64,000 nt of DNA from Macrostomum lignano (taxonomy: Eukaryota), in NCBI GenBank assembly GCA_002269645.1, contig NIVC01000884.1:124001-188000 (forward strand). Direction: 5' to 3'. The position numbers and the translations under genes were made by a program. Shown here piece by piece: positions 1 to 10,357 of this stretch. The notes below the pieces were generated by a model that saw nothing but the letters and a program-made list of their open reading frames with translations, was not told the origin of the DNA and made no database searches. The first letter of the stretch is position 1. Each line of letters starts with the position of its first letter.

Positions 1-12
1 TCTATCTATCTA

Positions 13-48
<36 letters not shown>

Positions 49-749
49 TAAGGCCATGTTTGCTAAATTTGTCAAACTTTGTTTGATTTTCATAATCAAT
101 GAAAAACCCACGACATCAAAGTTACGAGACTGAGCGGCCCATCCCAAAACTCAGATTACATGCACCTCTAGTCTTGTAATTCCTGCTCAGACAGCAGATG
201 CATGCGCATGCTCATAGTTTTCTGCCTCGCGTATTCTATTTTAAAAGAACTTCTTTCTGGCGTGAGGTCGTTTTTGTGCTAGCAGCAGGTTGGGGACAAA
301 ATTTTTTGTAAGTACGTCTATCAGGGGTTAACTGGAGGGCAAAGTACTGTGTGATACCATGTCCTTTTGCCTGGCTTCACCTACTACCGTAGACTGCACT
401 TGAGTTTTCTGTAAAACTTCTGAAATTTCTGGCCAGTTGATGGCCAGTTTAAATAGAGTTTTGGCCATAGAGAGCTTGTTGTACCGGTTGAGCAGCACTT
501 ATATTCGGTTAAGCTTCCCTATTTTTATATTTATTTCGTTCTCAAATATCTCAGCAGCTCAAAACGTGACCGTCCTTTGGGTGTTACGGATTTGAAAATT
601 TCTCACATGAAAGTTCGATTTCATGCCGCGCTTTCAAACAGAAGCTAGGGATACGAGCTAGCAGGGAGAACTCATGTTATTTAGTTTTTTGTTGTTTTGC
701 ATGGGCCCTTGAGCACTTCTGAAAATCAATACGACAGTCCCGTTCCACT

Positions 750-1477
750 GAACCCAGTGGGTGTCCATGAACATATTGAGTGTCCATGAACATATTGAGT
801 GTCCATGAACATATTGAGTGTCCATGAATCCATTGGGTGTCCATGAACCCATTGGGTGTCCATGAACATATTAAGTGTCCATGAATCCATTGGGTGTCTA
901 TGAACATATTGAGTGTCCATGAATCCATTGAGTGTCCATGAACCCATTGGGTGTCTATGAACCTATTGAGTGTCCATGAACCCATTGGGTGTCCATGAAC
1001 ATTTGGGTGTCCATGAATCCATTGGGTGTCCATGAACATATTAAGTGTCCATGAATCCATTGGGTGTCTATGAACCTATTGAGTGTCCATGAACCCATTG
1101 GGTGTCTATGAACCTATTGAGTGTCCATGAACCCATTGGGTGTCCATGAACATATTAAGTGTCCATGAATCCATTGGGTGTCCATGAACATATTAAGTGT
1201 CCATGAATCCATTGGGTGTCTATGAACCTATTGAGTGTCCATGAACCCATTGGGTGTCTATGAACATTTGGGTGTCCATGAATCCATTGGGTGTCCATGA
1301 ACATATTAAGTGTCCATGAATCCATTGGGTGTCTATGAACCTATTGAGTGTCCATGAACCCATTGGGTGTCTATGAACCTATTGAGTGTCCATGAACATA
1401 TTGAGTGTCCATGAACCCATTGGGTGTCCATGAACATTTGGGTGTCCATGAATCCATTGGGCGTCCATAAACCCATA
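750..1477. repeat. 19-bp minisatellite (GTGTCCATGAACCCATTGG and variants)
   Basis: Direct tandem periodicity. It is related to the array at 19405-19740, which lies in the opposite orientation. Confidence 0.95.
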
Positions 1478-1880
1478 TTTCTAATTGTTTTCTCTCATTT
1501 AGACGGCTGCAATGAGCTCAAAAGCAGAACCTTATAAGTACAATGCATCAAGTGTTTTTTGGATACTAGTAGATTTCTATCCCAACATAAAATCAGATTA
1601 AAATCTCAGAACTCCAGCTGCTGGTCTGCTTTCACCTCTTGAGCAGTGGCCCGCCCTCTATTGGCCAGTTAAAACACACGATGAGACAGGGGGGGGTGGG
1701 CAGCGTTTTCCCATTTAAACACAAAAAATTTAAATTTGATAGCCTTATTTATTCCTGAATTTTAAAGAATCGTTCAATAATTGAAAAAACTTCAATAACT
1801 TTGTAGAGATGGGTAAGTATGTTATAGAGAAGTTACTTTTCAAATTTGTAATTCCTATTTTGTCAACATAGGATTTTCGT

Positions 1881-2782
1881 GGATGTGTTATCAAAACTGG
1901 ATTGTCAGGGATGTGTTGTCAAAACTGGATTGTCATGGATGTGTTGTCAAAACTGGATTGTCAGGGATGTGTTATCAAAACTGGATTGTCATGGATGTGT
2001 TGTCAAAACTGGATTGTCATGGATGCGTTGTCAAAACTGGATTGTCAGGGATGTGTTGTCAAAAATGGATTGTCATGGATGCGTTGTCAAAAATATATTG
2101 TCATGGATGTGTTGTCAAAACTGGATTGTCAGGGATGTGTTGTCAAAACTGGATTGTCAGGGATGTGTTGTCAAAACTGGATTGTCATGGATGTGTTGTC
2201 AAAACTGGATTGTCATGGATGTGTTGTCAAAACTGGATTGTCATGGATGTGTTGTCAAAACTGGATTGTCATGGATGTGTTGTCAAAACTGGATTGTCAT
2301 GGATGTGTTGTCAAAACTGGATTGTCATGGATGTGTTGTCAAAACTGGATTGTCAGGGATGTGTTGTCAAAACTGGATTGTCATGGATGTGTTGTCAAAA
2401 CTGGATTGTCATGGATGTGTTGTCAAAAATGGATTGTCATGGATGTGTTGTCAAAACTGGATTGTCAGGGATGTGTTGTCAAAACTGGATTGTCAGGGAT
2501 GTGTTGTCAAAACTGGATTGTCATGGATGTGTTGTCAAAACTGGATTGTCATGGATGTGTTGTCAAAAATGGATTGTCATGGATGTGTTGTCAAAACTGG
2601 ATTGTCATGGATGTGTTGTCAAAACTGGATTGTCAGGGATGTGTTGTCAAAACTGGATTGTCATGGATGTGTTGTCAAAACTGGATTGTCATGGATGTGT
2701 TGTCAAAACTGGATTGTCATGGATGTGTTGTCAAAACTGGATTGTCATGGATGTGTTGTCAAAACTGGATTGTCATGGATGT
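1881..2782. repeat. 28-bp satellite (GGATGTGTTGTCAAAACTGGATTGTCAT), block 1
   Basis: Tandem units. The ORFs in all three frames are repeat translations. Confidence 0.97.
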
Positions 2783-3156
2783 TGGATTGAAGAGTAAAGG
2801 TTTTGCTTATTTCATTGTACTTCTGTACTATTACTCATCATTTGCCTAGCTAATTTACCTGCCCCCCTCCGCGCCTCACGCCACTTTCTCACCCCCCCCC
2901 ATTCTGATTTGGTTAAACGTACGAGTACATAGTAAGTCATGCACACTTACAACCCCCCCCGCGCTAAAGCCTGTGTCAACTCCGCCATATCTTATATTGA
3001 GAATAAATATACCTAGCTCAAGAGTAGACTGCGAAACCCCCTTGGTGATTTTGTTCTGCTACGATTGTCAATTGCGAGGCTAGCCGCCAAGTGCTGAGTT
3101 CTCAGTTCTTAAGAATCTCTTGTTAACATTTTGGTAGCAGAGCGTGGTTCAGGTAA

Positions 3157-6100
3157 ATGGCCAGCCACGAATCGAATCAGCAGCAGACTGGCTGCTCAGA
3201 AGATGAAGAAGAAAAAGAGATCAGCACTGAGGAGCGGCTTGGCATCGAACAGTTTCGACGAGTGAAGGCAAGAACGAAGTCTGCAGCAACTAGGAGTCGA
3301 AACCGTCTGGTACTGTTGCTACAGAGCGACACCGATCATGGAGCGATCCAGCAAGCGTGCGATGCAGCCACTACAGCACACGAAGAGTGCGTGAAGCTGC
3401 TTGACGAATTCTATGATGAGCTCCTTCAGCAAGAAGCCACAGAAGAAGCTCGAGACAAACTTCTGGACGAGCTGGATCAAGTGGAGCAGCAGTTTCAAGA
3501 CACTATGAAATGTGTCACTCAGTTCATCACTGCTCATCAGACTGCCGTGACAGCTGCGCCTGCGGCGACTGCCGCGACTGCGGCGACTGCCGCGACTGCC
3601 GCGACTGCGGCGACTGCGGCGACTGCTGCGACTGCCGCGACTGCCGCGACTGCCGCGACTGCCGCGACTGCCGCGACTGTGACGACTGCGACGACTGCGG
3701 CGACTGCCGCGACTGCGGCGACTGCCACGACTGCCGTAACTGCCGCGACTGTGACGACTGCGGCCACTGCGGCCACTGCGGCGACTGCGGCCACTGCGGC
3801 GACTGCCGCGACTGCCGCAACTGCCGCGACTGCGACGACTGCAACGACGGCGACGATGGCGGCGACGACGGCTACGGCAATGCCGGTTGTGAGTGCCAGT
3901 AGTATTGATGACTCTGTAAGTGAGGCGGGCCATTCTCAGACTAGCAGCAGTGAAGCCGAGTTGGCAAAAGATCTTTGGAAGATGCTTCGGCGTGTAGAGA
4001 TTCCAAAGTTCGGCGGCGAAAAGCAGCAGTACGAATCTTGGAAAGCCGCCTTCACTGCTTGCATTGATAGAGCTCCTGCCACGCCGGAGTTCAAATTGCT
4101 TCAACTCCGACAGTATCTTCAAGGGCCGGCTTTGAAATTAGTCGAACATCTGGGTCACTCTGCCGCTGCTTACGAGGCTGCCAAAGACAGATTGGAACGC
4201 GAATTTGGGGGCAGCCGCCGACGTATCGCTATGTATCTTGAAGAGCTCGATAACTTTCCACCCATCCGCTCCACCAATGCAAAAGAGCTCAAGCAATTCT
4301 CTAATCTGTTGGATGTCGCAGTTGTAAATCTCGAAGAGTCTGGTAAGGTCTCAGAATTGACTGACGGGTTGTTGTACGCAAAGTTGCAGAAGAAGCTCCC
4401 TGAGCAGATGGTGGCGCGTTACCGGCGTTGGCTATTCGAAGGACATAGGCAGGAGAACGTAAAGATGTTACGTGAGTGGGTGCTGATGGAGGCCGCTTTC
4501 CAGACAGAAGCCATGGAGATTGTGCATGGTGTGACGAGTGAAGAGAAGGTTAAGAAGGAGACGCGGTCCAAAACGTTTCTTGCAGATCATCAACAAGGGT
4601 CTCCGTCAAAATCTTGTATGCTGTGTCAAGATCAACATGAGCTGTGGAAGTGTCCAACATTTAGACAGCTGTCAATTGAAAATCGGTGGAAGGCTGCGCA
4701 AGATTCGAAATCATGCTTTTGCTGCTTAGCTCGCGGTCACGCTGCTCGGCTATGCCGTCATGGACGCCGATGTGGAATCGGTGAATGCAACAAGTTTCAC
4801 CACCGCTTGCTGCACTCAGACGAGGCTGCAAAAACTGAGTCGAAGAAGAATTCTCCGGCCGAAGGAGGCAAAAAGAGCGCTGAGTCGGGTCGCAAAGGAG
4901 CCGCCGTAACTATGATGGCAGGAAGTGGAAGTGCAACGTCGCTGCGAACAGTTCCAGTAGTTCTCAAGGCTGGCGGCCGTGTAGTGAAGGTGAACGCACT
5001 GTTGGACGACGCGAGTACAAGGACGTATGTGAATGCGGAGATTGCTGAAGCTCTGGGACTGGAGGGCAATATGGAGCAAGTGAAAGAGAACGTTCTGAAC
5101 GGACAGACAGAGACATTCTTGACAGCTCCGGTTACGATGACGCTCGAAAGTGTAGATGGAAGTCTGAGTCGTCCGATCACGGCATTCACGACAGACAGCG
5201 TCACCGGGAAGTTGAAGGCTACGGATTGGCAGACGACGGCAGCAGATTGGAAACATCTGGAGCGCATTCCATTTTCTCAGCTCCACGCGCCGCATCTCAT
5301 AGACCTGCTGATAGGAGTAGATCATGCGGAGTTACACGTGTCCTACCGAGAAGTTCGCGGTGGCCCTGGGGAGCCACAAGCACGTTTGACTCCCCTTGGA
5401 TGGACAGGTGTGGGTCCAGTAGAACAGATTCAGCATCAGACAAACTTGGCCAGCACCTTTTTCTGTGTCACCAGCGAGGAGATGCTGTCACCAGTGCTGC
5501 GCAAGTTCTGGGAGGTCGAAGAAATCCGGCCAGCTCAAGATCAAAATTGGACAGCGGATGAGCAAGCTGCAGTCGAGCAAGCCAAGTCTTCATTAAAGCT
5601 AACAAACGGCCGATACCAGGTGGGAATTCCGTGGAAGCCAGAGGCGAAAGTTCGCTCGAATAACTATGAGATGGCGATCAAGCGGCTTTGCAACACGGAG
5701 ACCCGGTTGAAGAAGGATCTGGAGGTGGCAAAGCAATATCAAGCATGTATAGAGCGATATGAGCAGCTAGGCTACATCAGGCGCGTTGCAGTAGAAGAGT
5801 TCTCGGCCAGAAGGTGTTTTCTACCGCATTTCCCGATTATTCGATTCGACAAGCTGACGACAAAGGTTCGGATCGTCTTCGATGCCTCGGCGGGCGGAAA
5901 CGAAAAGTCGTTAAACTCTCTGGTCTTCCCAGGGCCGAAGCTTCAGCGAGAATTGTTTGACGTTCTGCTTCGCTTCCGGAGAGATGCGGTGGCTGGGGCT
6001 TGTGATGTGTCCGAGATGTACCTCCAGATCGAAATGGCGCCAGAGGACAGGCCGACGCATAGCTTTCTACACCGTGAGATGGACTCCAGCAAGCCTGTTG

Positions 6101-6885
6101 AAATATTTGAGACCAACCGCATCGTTTTCGGCAACTTGAGCTCGCCGTTTCTTGCTCAGTTCGTAGTTCGTGAGCATGCGGAACGCCTGAAAGAAGAGCT
6201 GCCATTAGCTGCAGACGCTGTTCTCAACTCCACCTATATGGACGATTGTTTAGATTCGGTCGGGTCAGAGGCTGAGGCGATCCAGCTGCTTCAAGAGTTG
6301 AAGACTCGCTGGGAGCGTGCAGGCATGCACCCCAGGAAATGGATGTCCGATTCGCGAGAACTGTTGAGCAGAGTGCCACCAGAAGATCGAGTAGCCGAAG
6401 TAACATTGGAAGGGACACCGATGCCATCCATCAAGACGCTTGGTGTAGAATTAAGAAGCGATCGGAAAGAGTGCACCTTTAAATTTGACCAGCCGTTTGG
6501 TGCGAACCGCATTGGAGAGACCAAGTTTGTCACAGATCCGGACCAGTGGAGGTGTGTCACGACCGAATTCAATCCAGTCGACGCGTTGTCTCGAGGAACT
6601 TCAGCGCAGCAGCTGACGGAGGTTGACAGCTGGTGGCATGGACAAAGGGTGACTGGTCGGAGCACAGTCGTTAGCATGAATGAGGAACGATCGGCGGTCA
6701 GACGATTAGACCCGACCATGGCGACCTGCAGGTTCTCGAGCTCAAAGCGGCGCATCTGCATGCAAGGCGAGACAGCTCGATTCGCGACCACCTGCTGGCT
6801 GCAGCGGAGAGACGGGTGCGAGTTGCAAAAGTGCAGCTGGTTGGCAAGGCCTCCGCGAGGCCGATTGCGAGGCCGCGTCCGCTAA
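3157..6885 (+). CDS. BEL/Pao gag-pol polyprotein (truncated)
   Basis: Gag-like region (EIPKFGG..YESW), Cys/His knuckles (CMLCQDQHELWKC, CFCCLARGHAARLC, CNKFHHRLLH), protease ALLDDAS, RT (RIVFDASA, YMDD), RNase H tail (WRCV..NPVDALSRG). The RNase H core and integrase are missing. Confidence 0.92.
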   Translation: MASHESNQQQTGCSEDEEEKEISTEERLGIEQFRRVKARTKSAATRSRNRLVLLLQSDTDHGAIQQACDAATTAHEECVKLLDEFYDELLQQEATEEARDKLLDELDQVEQQFQDTMKCVTQFITAHQTAVTAAPAATAATAATAATAATAATAATAATAATAATAATAATAATVTTATTAATAATAATATTAVTAATVTTAATAATAATAATAATAATAATAATATTATTATMAATTATAMPVVSASSIDDSVSEAGHSQTSSSEAELAKDLWKMLRRVEIPKFGGEKQQYESWKAAFTACIDRAPATPEFKLLQLRQYLQGPALKLVEHLGHSAAAYEAAKDRLEREFGGSRRRIAMYLEELDNFPPIRSTNAKELKQFSNLLDVAVVNLEESGKVSELTDGLLYAKLQKKLPEQMVARYRRWLFEGHRQENVKMLREWVLMEAAFQTEAMEIVHGVTSEEKVKKETRSKTFLADHQQGSPSKSCMLCQDQHELWKCPTFRQLSIENRWKAAQDSKSCFCCLARGHAARLCRHGRRCGIGECNKFHHRLLHSDEAAKTESKKNSPAEGGKKSAESGRKGAAVTMMAGSGSATSLRTVPVVLKAGGRVVKVNALLDDASTRTYVNAEIAEALGLEGNMEQVKENVLNGQTETFLTAPVTMTLESVDGSLSRPITAFTTDSVTGKLKATDWQTTAADWKHLERIPFSQLHAPHLIDLLIGVDHAELHVSYREVRGGPGEPQARLTPLGWTGVGPVEQIQHQTNLASTFFCVTSEEMLSPVLRKFWEVEEIRPAQDQNWTADEQAAVEQAKSSLKLTNGRYQVGIPWKPEAKVRSNNYEMAIKRLCNTETRLKKDLEVAKQYQACIERYEQLGYIRRVAVEEFSARRCFLPHFPIIRFDKLTTKVRIVFDASAGGNEKSLNSLVFPGPKLQRELFDVLLRFRRDAVAGACDVSEMYLQIEMAPEDRPTHSFLHREMDSSKPVEIFETNRIVFGNLSSPFLAQFVVREHAERLKEELPLAADAVLNSTYMDDCLDSVGSEAEAIQLLQELKTRWERAGMHPRKWMSDSRELLSRVPPEDRVAEVTLEGTPMPSIKTLGVELRSDRKECTFKFDQPFGANRIGETKFVTDPDQWRCVTTEFNPVDALSRGTSAQQLTEVDSWWHGQRVTGRSTVVSMNEERSAVRRLDPTMATCRFSSSKRRICMQGETARFATTCWLQRRDGCELQKCSWLARPPRGRLRGRVR
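3545..3880 (+). repeat. In-frame 9-bp repeat (ACTGCCGCG/ACTGCGGCG) encoding (Thr-Ala-Ala)n inside gag
   Basis: Seen directly; the reading frame is preserved across it. Confidence 0.95.
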
Positions 6886-7906
6886 TCACGAAGGGAGGCT
6901 TGAGGACGGAGTAGTTGAGATTTTGGCCAAGCTTTAGTTTATTAAAACAAATTTGCGATGTAGCGATCATTTCCTTAACTTTGACTAGCCGTTGCATGCG
7001 TTTCAATTTTCGATGTTTTCAATTTCAAGCTATTTTGGTGATGGGTTGGCGCTACATTTTTCTTTTGTGGCTTTTGAGAGCTTTGCTTCCCTGCGCATTA
7101 AATCCAGTTTGGTTCCATCGCATTGTGTTTTTTCATGTCTGCTGTCTATTTTTGGGAGTTTTTGTTGTCTGTTTTTTGTGTTTGTTTTCTGTTTTTTTTT
7201 GTGTTTTTTTGCTTTTTTGGCGTTTGTTGCGAAGAGGTTTTGCATACTCTGTTCGGTTAATTTTCCCATTTTCAGCGTTTATCCCCTTTGCTCATTTCAT
7301 CGCACTGTACGCTACTTTTTAGGTTCAACTCTGTTGTTAATCCAGTTCGAATATTTATCACACCCCCTGATCCGTTTACTGCATCTAATTATTTGATCCG
7401 ATTTTCACTTTGTCATTTTGTCGAGCGTATTGCATCCTAGCGATTTAACTTTTTTCCTGAAAAGTACGCGGTACTATAATAATTGAATGTTTTAATTTTA
7501 AGATCTTTGTTCGAGGTGCTCTTTGTTGTGTTGGCATGTGCTCATGCCAAGAAGGGAGGTATGGATTGAAGAGTAAAGGTTTTGCTTATTTCATTGTACT
7601 TCTGTACTATTACTCATCATTTGCCTAGCTAATTTACCTGCCCCCCTCCGCGCCTCACGCCACTTTCTCACCCCCCCATTCTGATTTGGTTAGACGTACG
7701 AGTACATAGTAAGTCATGCACACTTACAACCCCCCCCCGCGCTAAAGCCTGTGTCAACTCCGCCATATATTATATTGAGAATAAATATACCTAGCTCAAG
7801 AGTAGACTGCGAAACCCCCTTGGTGATTTTGTTCTGCTACGATTGTCAATTGCGAGGCTAGCCGCCAAGTGCTGAGTTCTCAGTTCTTAAGAATCTCTTG
7901 TTAACA

Positions 7907-8443
7907 GATGTGTTGTCAAAACTGGATTGTCATGGATGTGTTGTCAAAACTGGATTGTCATGGATGTGTTGTCAAAAATGGATTGTCATGGATGTGTTGT
8001 CAAAACTGGATTGTCATGGATGTGTTGTCAAAACTGGATTGTCATGGATGTGTTGTCAAAACTGGATTGTCAGGGATGTGTTGTCAAAACTGGATTGTCA
8101 GGGATGTGTTGTCAAAACTGGATTGTCATGGATGCGTTGTCAAAACTGGATTGTCATGGATGTGTTGTCAAAACTGGATTGTCATGGATGTGTTGTCAAA
8201 ACTGGATTGTCATGGATGTGTTGTCAAAACTGGATTGTCAGGGATGTGTTGTCAAAACTGGATTGTCATGGATGTGTTGTCAAAACTGGATTGTCATGGA
8301 TGTGTTGTCAAAACTGGATTGTCATGGATGTGTTGTCAAAACTGGATTGTCATGGATGTGTTGTCAAAACTGGATTGTCATGGATGTGTTGTCAAAACTG
8401 GATTGTCATGGATGTGTTGTCAAAACTGGATTGTCATGGATGT
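7907..8443. repeat. 28-bp satellite, block 2
   Basis: Same unit as 1881-2782. Confidence 0.97.
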
Positions 8444-8790
8444 TGGATTGAAGAGTAAAGGTTTTGCTTATTTCATTGTACTTCTGTACTATTACTCATC
8501 ATTTGCCTAGCTAATTTACCTGCCCCCCTCCGCGCCTCACGCCACTTTCTCACCCCCCCCATTCTGATTTGGTTAGACGTACGAGTACATAGTAAGTCAT
8601 GCACACTTACAACCCCCCCCCCGCGCTAAAGCCTGTGTCAACTCCGCCATATATTATATTGAGAATAAATATACCTAGCTCAAGAGTAGACTGCGAAACC
8701 CCCTTGGTGATTTTGTTCTGCTACGATTGTCAATTGCGAGGCTAGCCGCCAAGTGCTGAGTTCTCAGTTCTTAAGAATCTCTTGTTAACA
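8444..8790 (+). mobile_element. Solo LTR of the BEL element
   Basis: Copy of the LTR flanked by GATGT on both sides; no PBS follows. Confidence 0.95.
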
Positions 8791-9489
8791 GATGTGTTGT
8801 CAAAACTGGATTGTCATGGATGTGTTGTCAAAACTGGATTGTCATGGATGTGTTGTCAAAACTGGATTGTCATGGATGTGTTGTCAAAACTGGATTGTCA
8901 TGGATGTGTTGTCAAAACTGGATTGTCATGGATGTGTTGTCAAAACTGGATTGTCATGGATGTGTTGTCAAAACTGGATTGTCATGGATGTGTTGTCAAA
9001 ACTGGATTGTCATGAGTGTTTTATTAAAACTGGACTGTCAGGGATGTGTTTTTGAAAGTGGATTTTCGTGTTGTCAAAACTGGATTGTCATGGATGTCTT
9101 GTCAAAACTGGATTGTCATGGATGTGTTGTCAAAACTGGATTGTCAGGGATGTGTTGTCAAAACTGGATTGTCATGGATGTGTTGTCAAAACTGGATTGT
9201 CATGGATGTGTTGTCAAAACTGGATTGTCATGGATGTGTTGTCAAAACTGGATTGTCAGGGATGTGTTGTCAAAACTGGATTGTCATGGATGTGTTGTCA
9301 AAAATGGATTGTCATGGATGTGTTGTCAAAACTGGATTGTCAGGGATGTGTTGTCAAAACTGGATTGTCATGGATGTGTTGTCAAAACTGGATTGTCATG
9401 GATGTGTTGTCAAAACTGGATTGTCAGGGATGTGTTGTCAAAACTGGATTGTCATGGATGTGTTGTCAAAACTGGATTGTCATGGATGT
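8791..9489. repeat. 28-bp satellite, block 3
   Basis: Same unit. Contains a variant segment (CATGAGTGTTTTATTAAAACTGGACTG...GAAAGTGGATTTTCG) that recurs in block 4. Confidence 0.97.
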
Positions 9490-9835
9490 TGGATTGAAGA
9501 GTAAAGGTTTTGCTTATTTCATTGTACTTCTGTACTATTACTCATCATTTGCCTAGCTAATTTACCTGCCCCCCTCCGCGCCTCACGCCACTTTCTCACC
9601 CCCCCATTCTGATTTGGTTAGACGTACGAGTACATAGTAAGTCATGCACACTTACAACCCCCCCCCCGCGCTAAAGCCTGTGTCAACTCCGCCATATATT
9701 ATATTGAGAATAAATATACCTAGCTCAAGAGTAGACTGCGAAACCCCCTTGGTGATTTTGTTCTGCTACGATTGTCAATTGCGAGGCTAGCCGCCAAGTG
9801 CTGAGTTCTCAGTTCTTAAGAATCTCTTGTTAACA
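9490..9835 (+). mobile_element. Second solo LTR of the BEL element
   Basis: Copy of the LTR flanked by GATGT on both sides. Confidence 0.95.
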
Positions 9836-10318
9836 GATGTGTTGTCAAAACTGGATTGTCATGGATGTGTTGTCAAAAATGGATTGTCATGGATGTGTTG
9901 TCAAAACTGGATTGTCATGGATGTGTTGTCAAAACTGGATTGTCATGGATGTGTTGTCAAAACTGGATTGTCAGGGATGTGTTGTCAAAACTGGATTGTC
10001 ATGGATGTGTTGTCAAAACTGGATTGTCATGGATGTGTTGTCAAAACTGGATTGTCAGGGATGTGTTGTCAAAACTGGATTGTCATGAGTGTTTTATTAA
10101 AACTGGACTGTCAGGGATGTGTTTTTGAAAGTGGATTTTCGTGTTGTCAAAACTGGATTGTCAGGGATGTCTTGTCAAAACTGGATTGTCATGGATGTGT
10201 TGTCAAAACTGGATTGTGATGGATGCGTTGTCAAGACTGGATTGTCATGAGTGTGTTATTAAAACTGGACTGTCAGGGATGTGTTTTTAAAAGTGGATTT
10301 TCGTGTTGTCAAAACTGA
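9836..10318. repeat. 28-bp satellite, block 4 (decaying end)
   Basis: Same unit, degenerating just before the GPCR start codon. Confidence 0.95.
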
Positions 10319-10357
10319 CTGTCATCGGTTGTGTGAAGACTGGGAAGTCATATAGGC

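Larger units (their letters stand above)
2783..7906 (+). mobile_element. BEL/Pao LTR retrotransposon, internally deleted (no integrase)
   Basis: LTRs at 2783-3128 and 7562-7906 (TGGATTG...TTAACA) are near identical. 5-bp TSD GATGT at 2778-2782 and 7907-7911. PBS TGGTAGCAGAGCGTGGT at 3132-3148 (tRNA-iMet type). PPT AAGAAGGGAGG at 7549-7559. Confidence 0.95.

Noticed and set aside
750-1477. Palindromic direct repeats as a CRISPR array (also other minisatellites)
   Set aside because: No unique spacers, no cas genes, eukaryotic context.
2780-2782. LTR starting at TGTT (2780) instead of TGG (2783)
   Set aside because: That would leave only a 2-bp TSD and need a deletion in the 3' LTR; the GATGT 5-bp TSD fits all junctions.
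1879-2849. Cys-rich 300-aa ORFs in all three frames (also 7898-10219)
   Set aside because: Translations of a 28-bp satellite that lacks stops; not genes.
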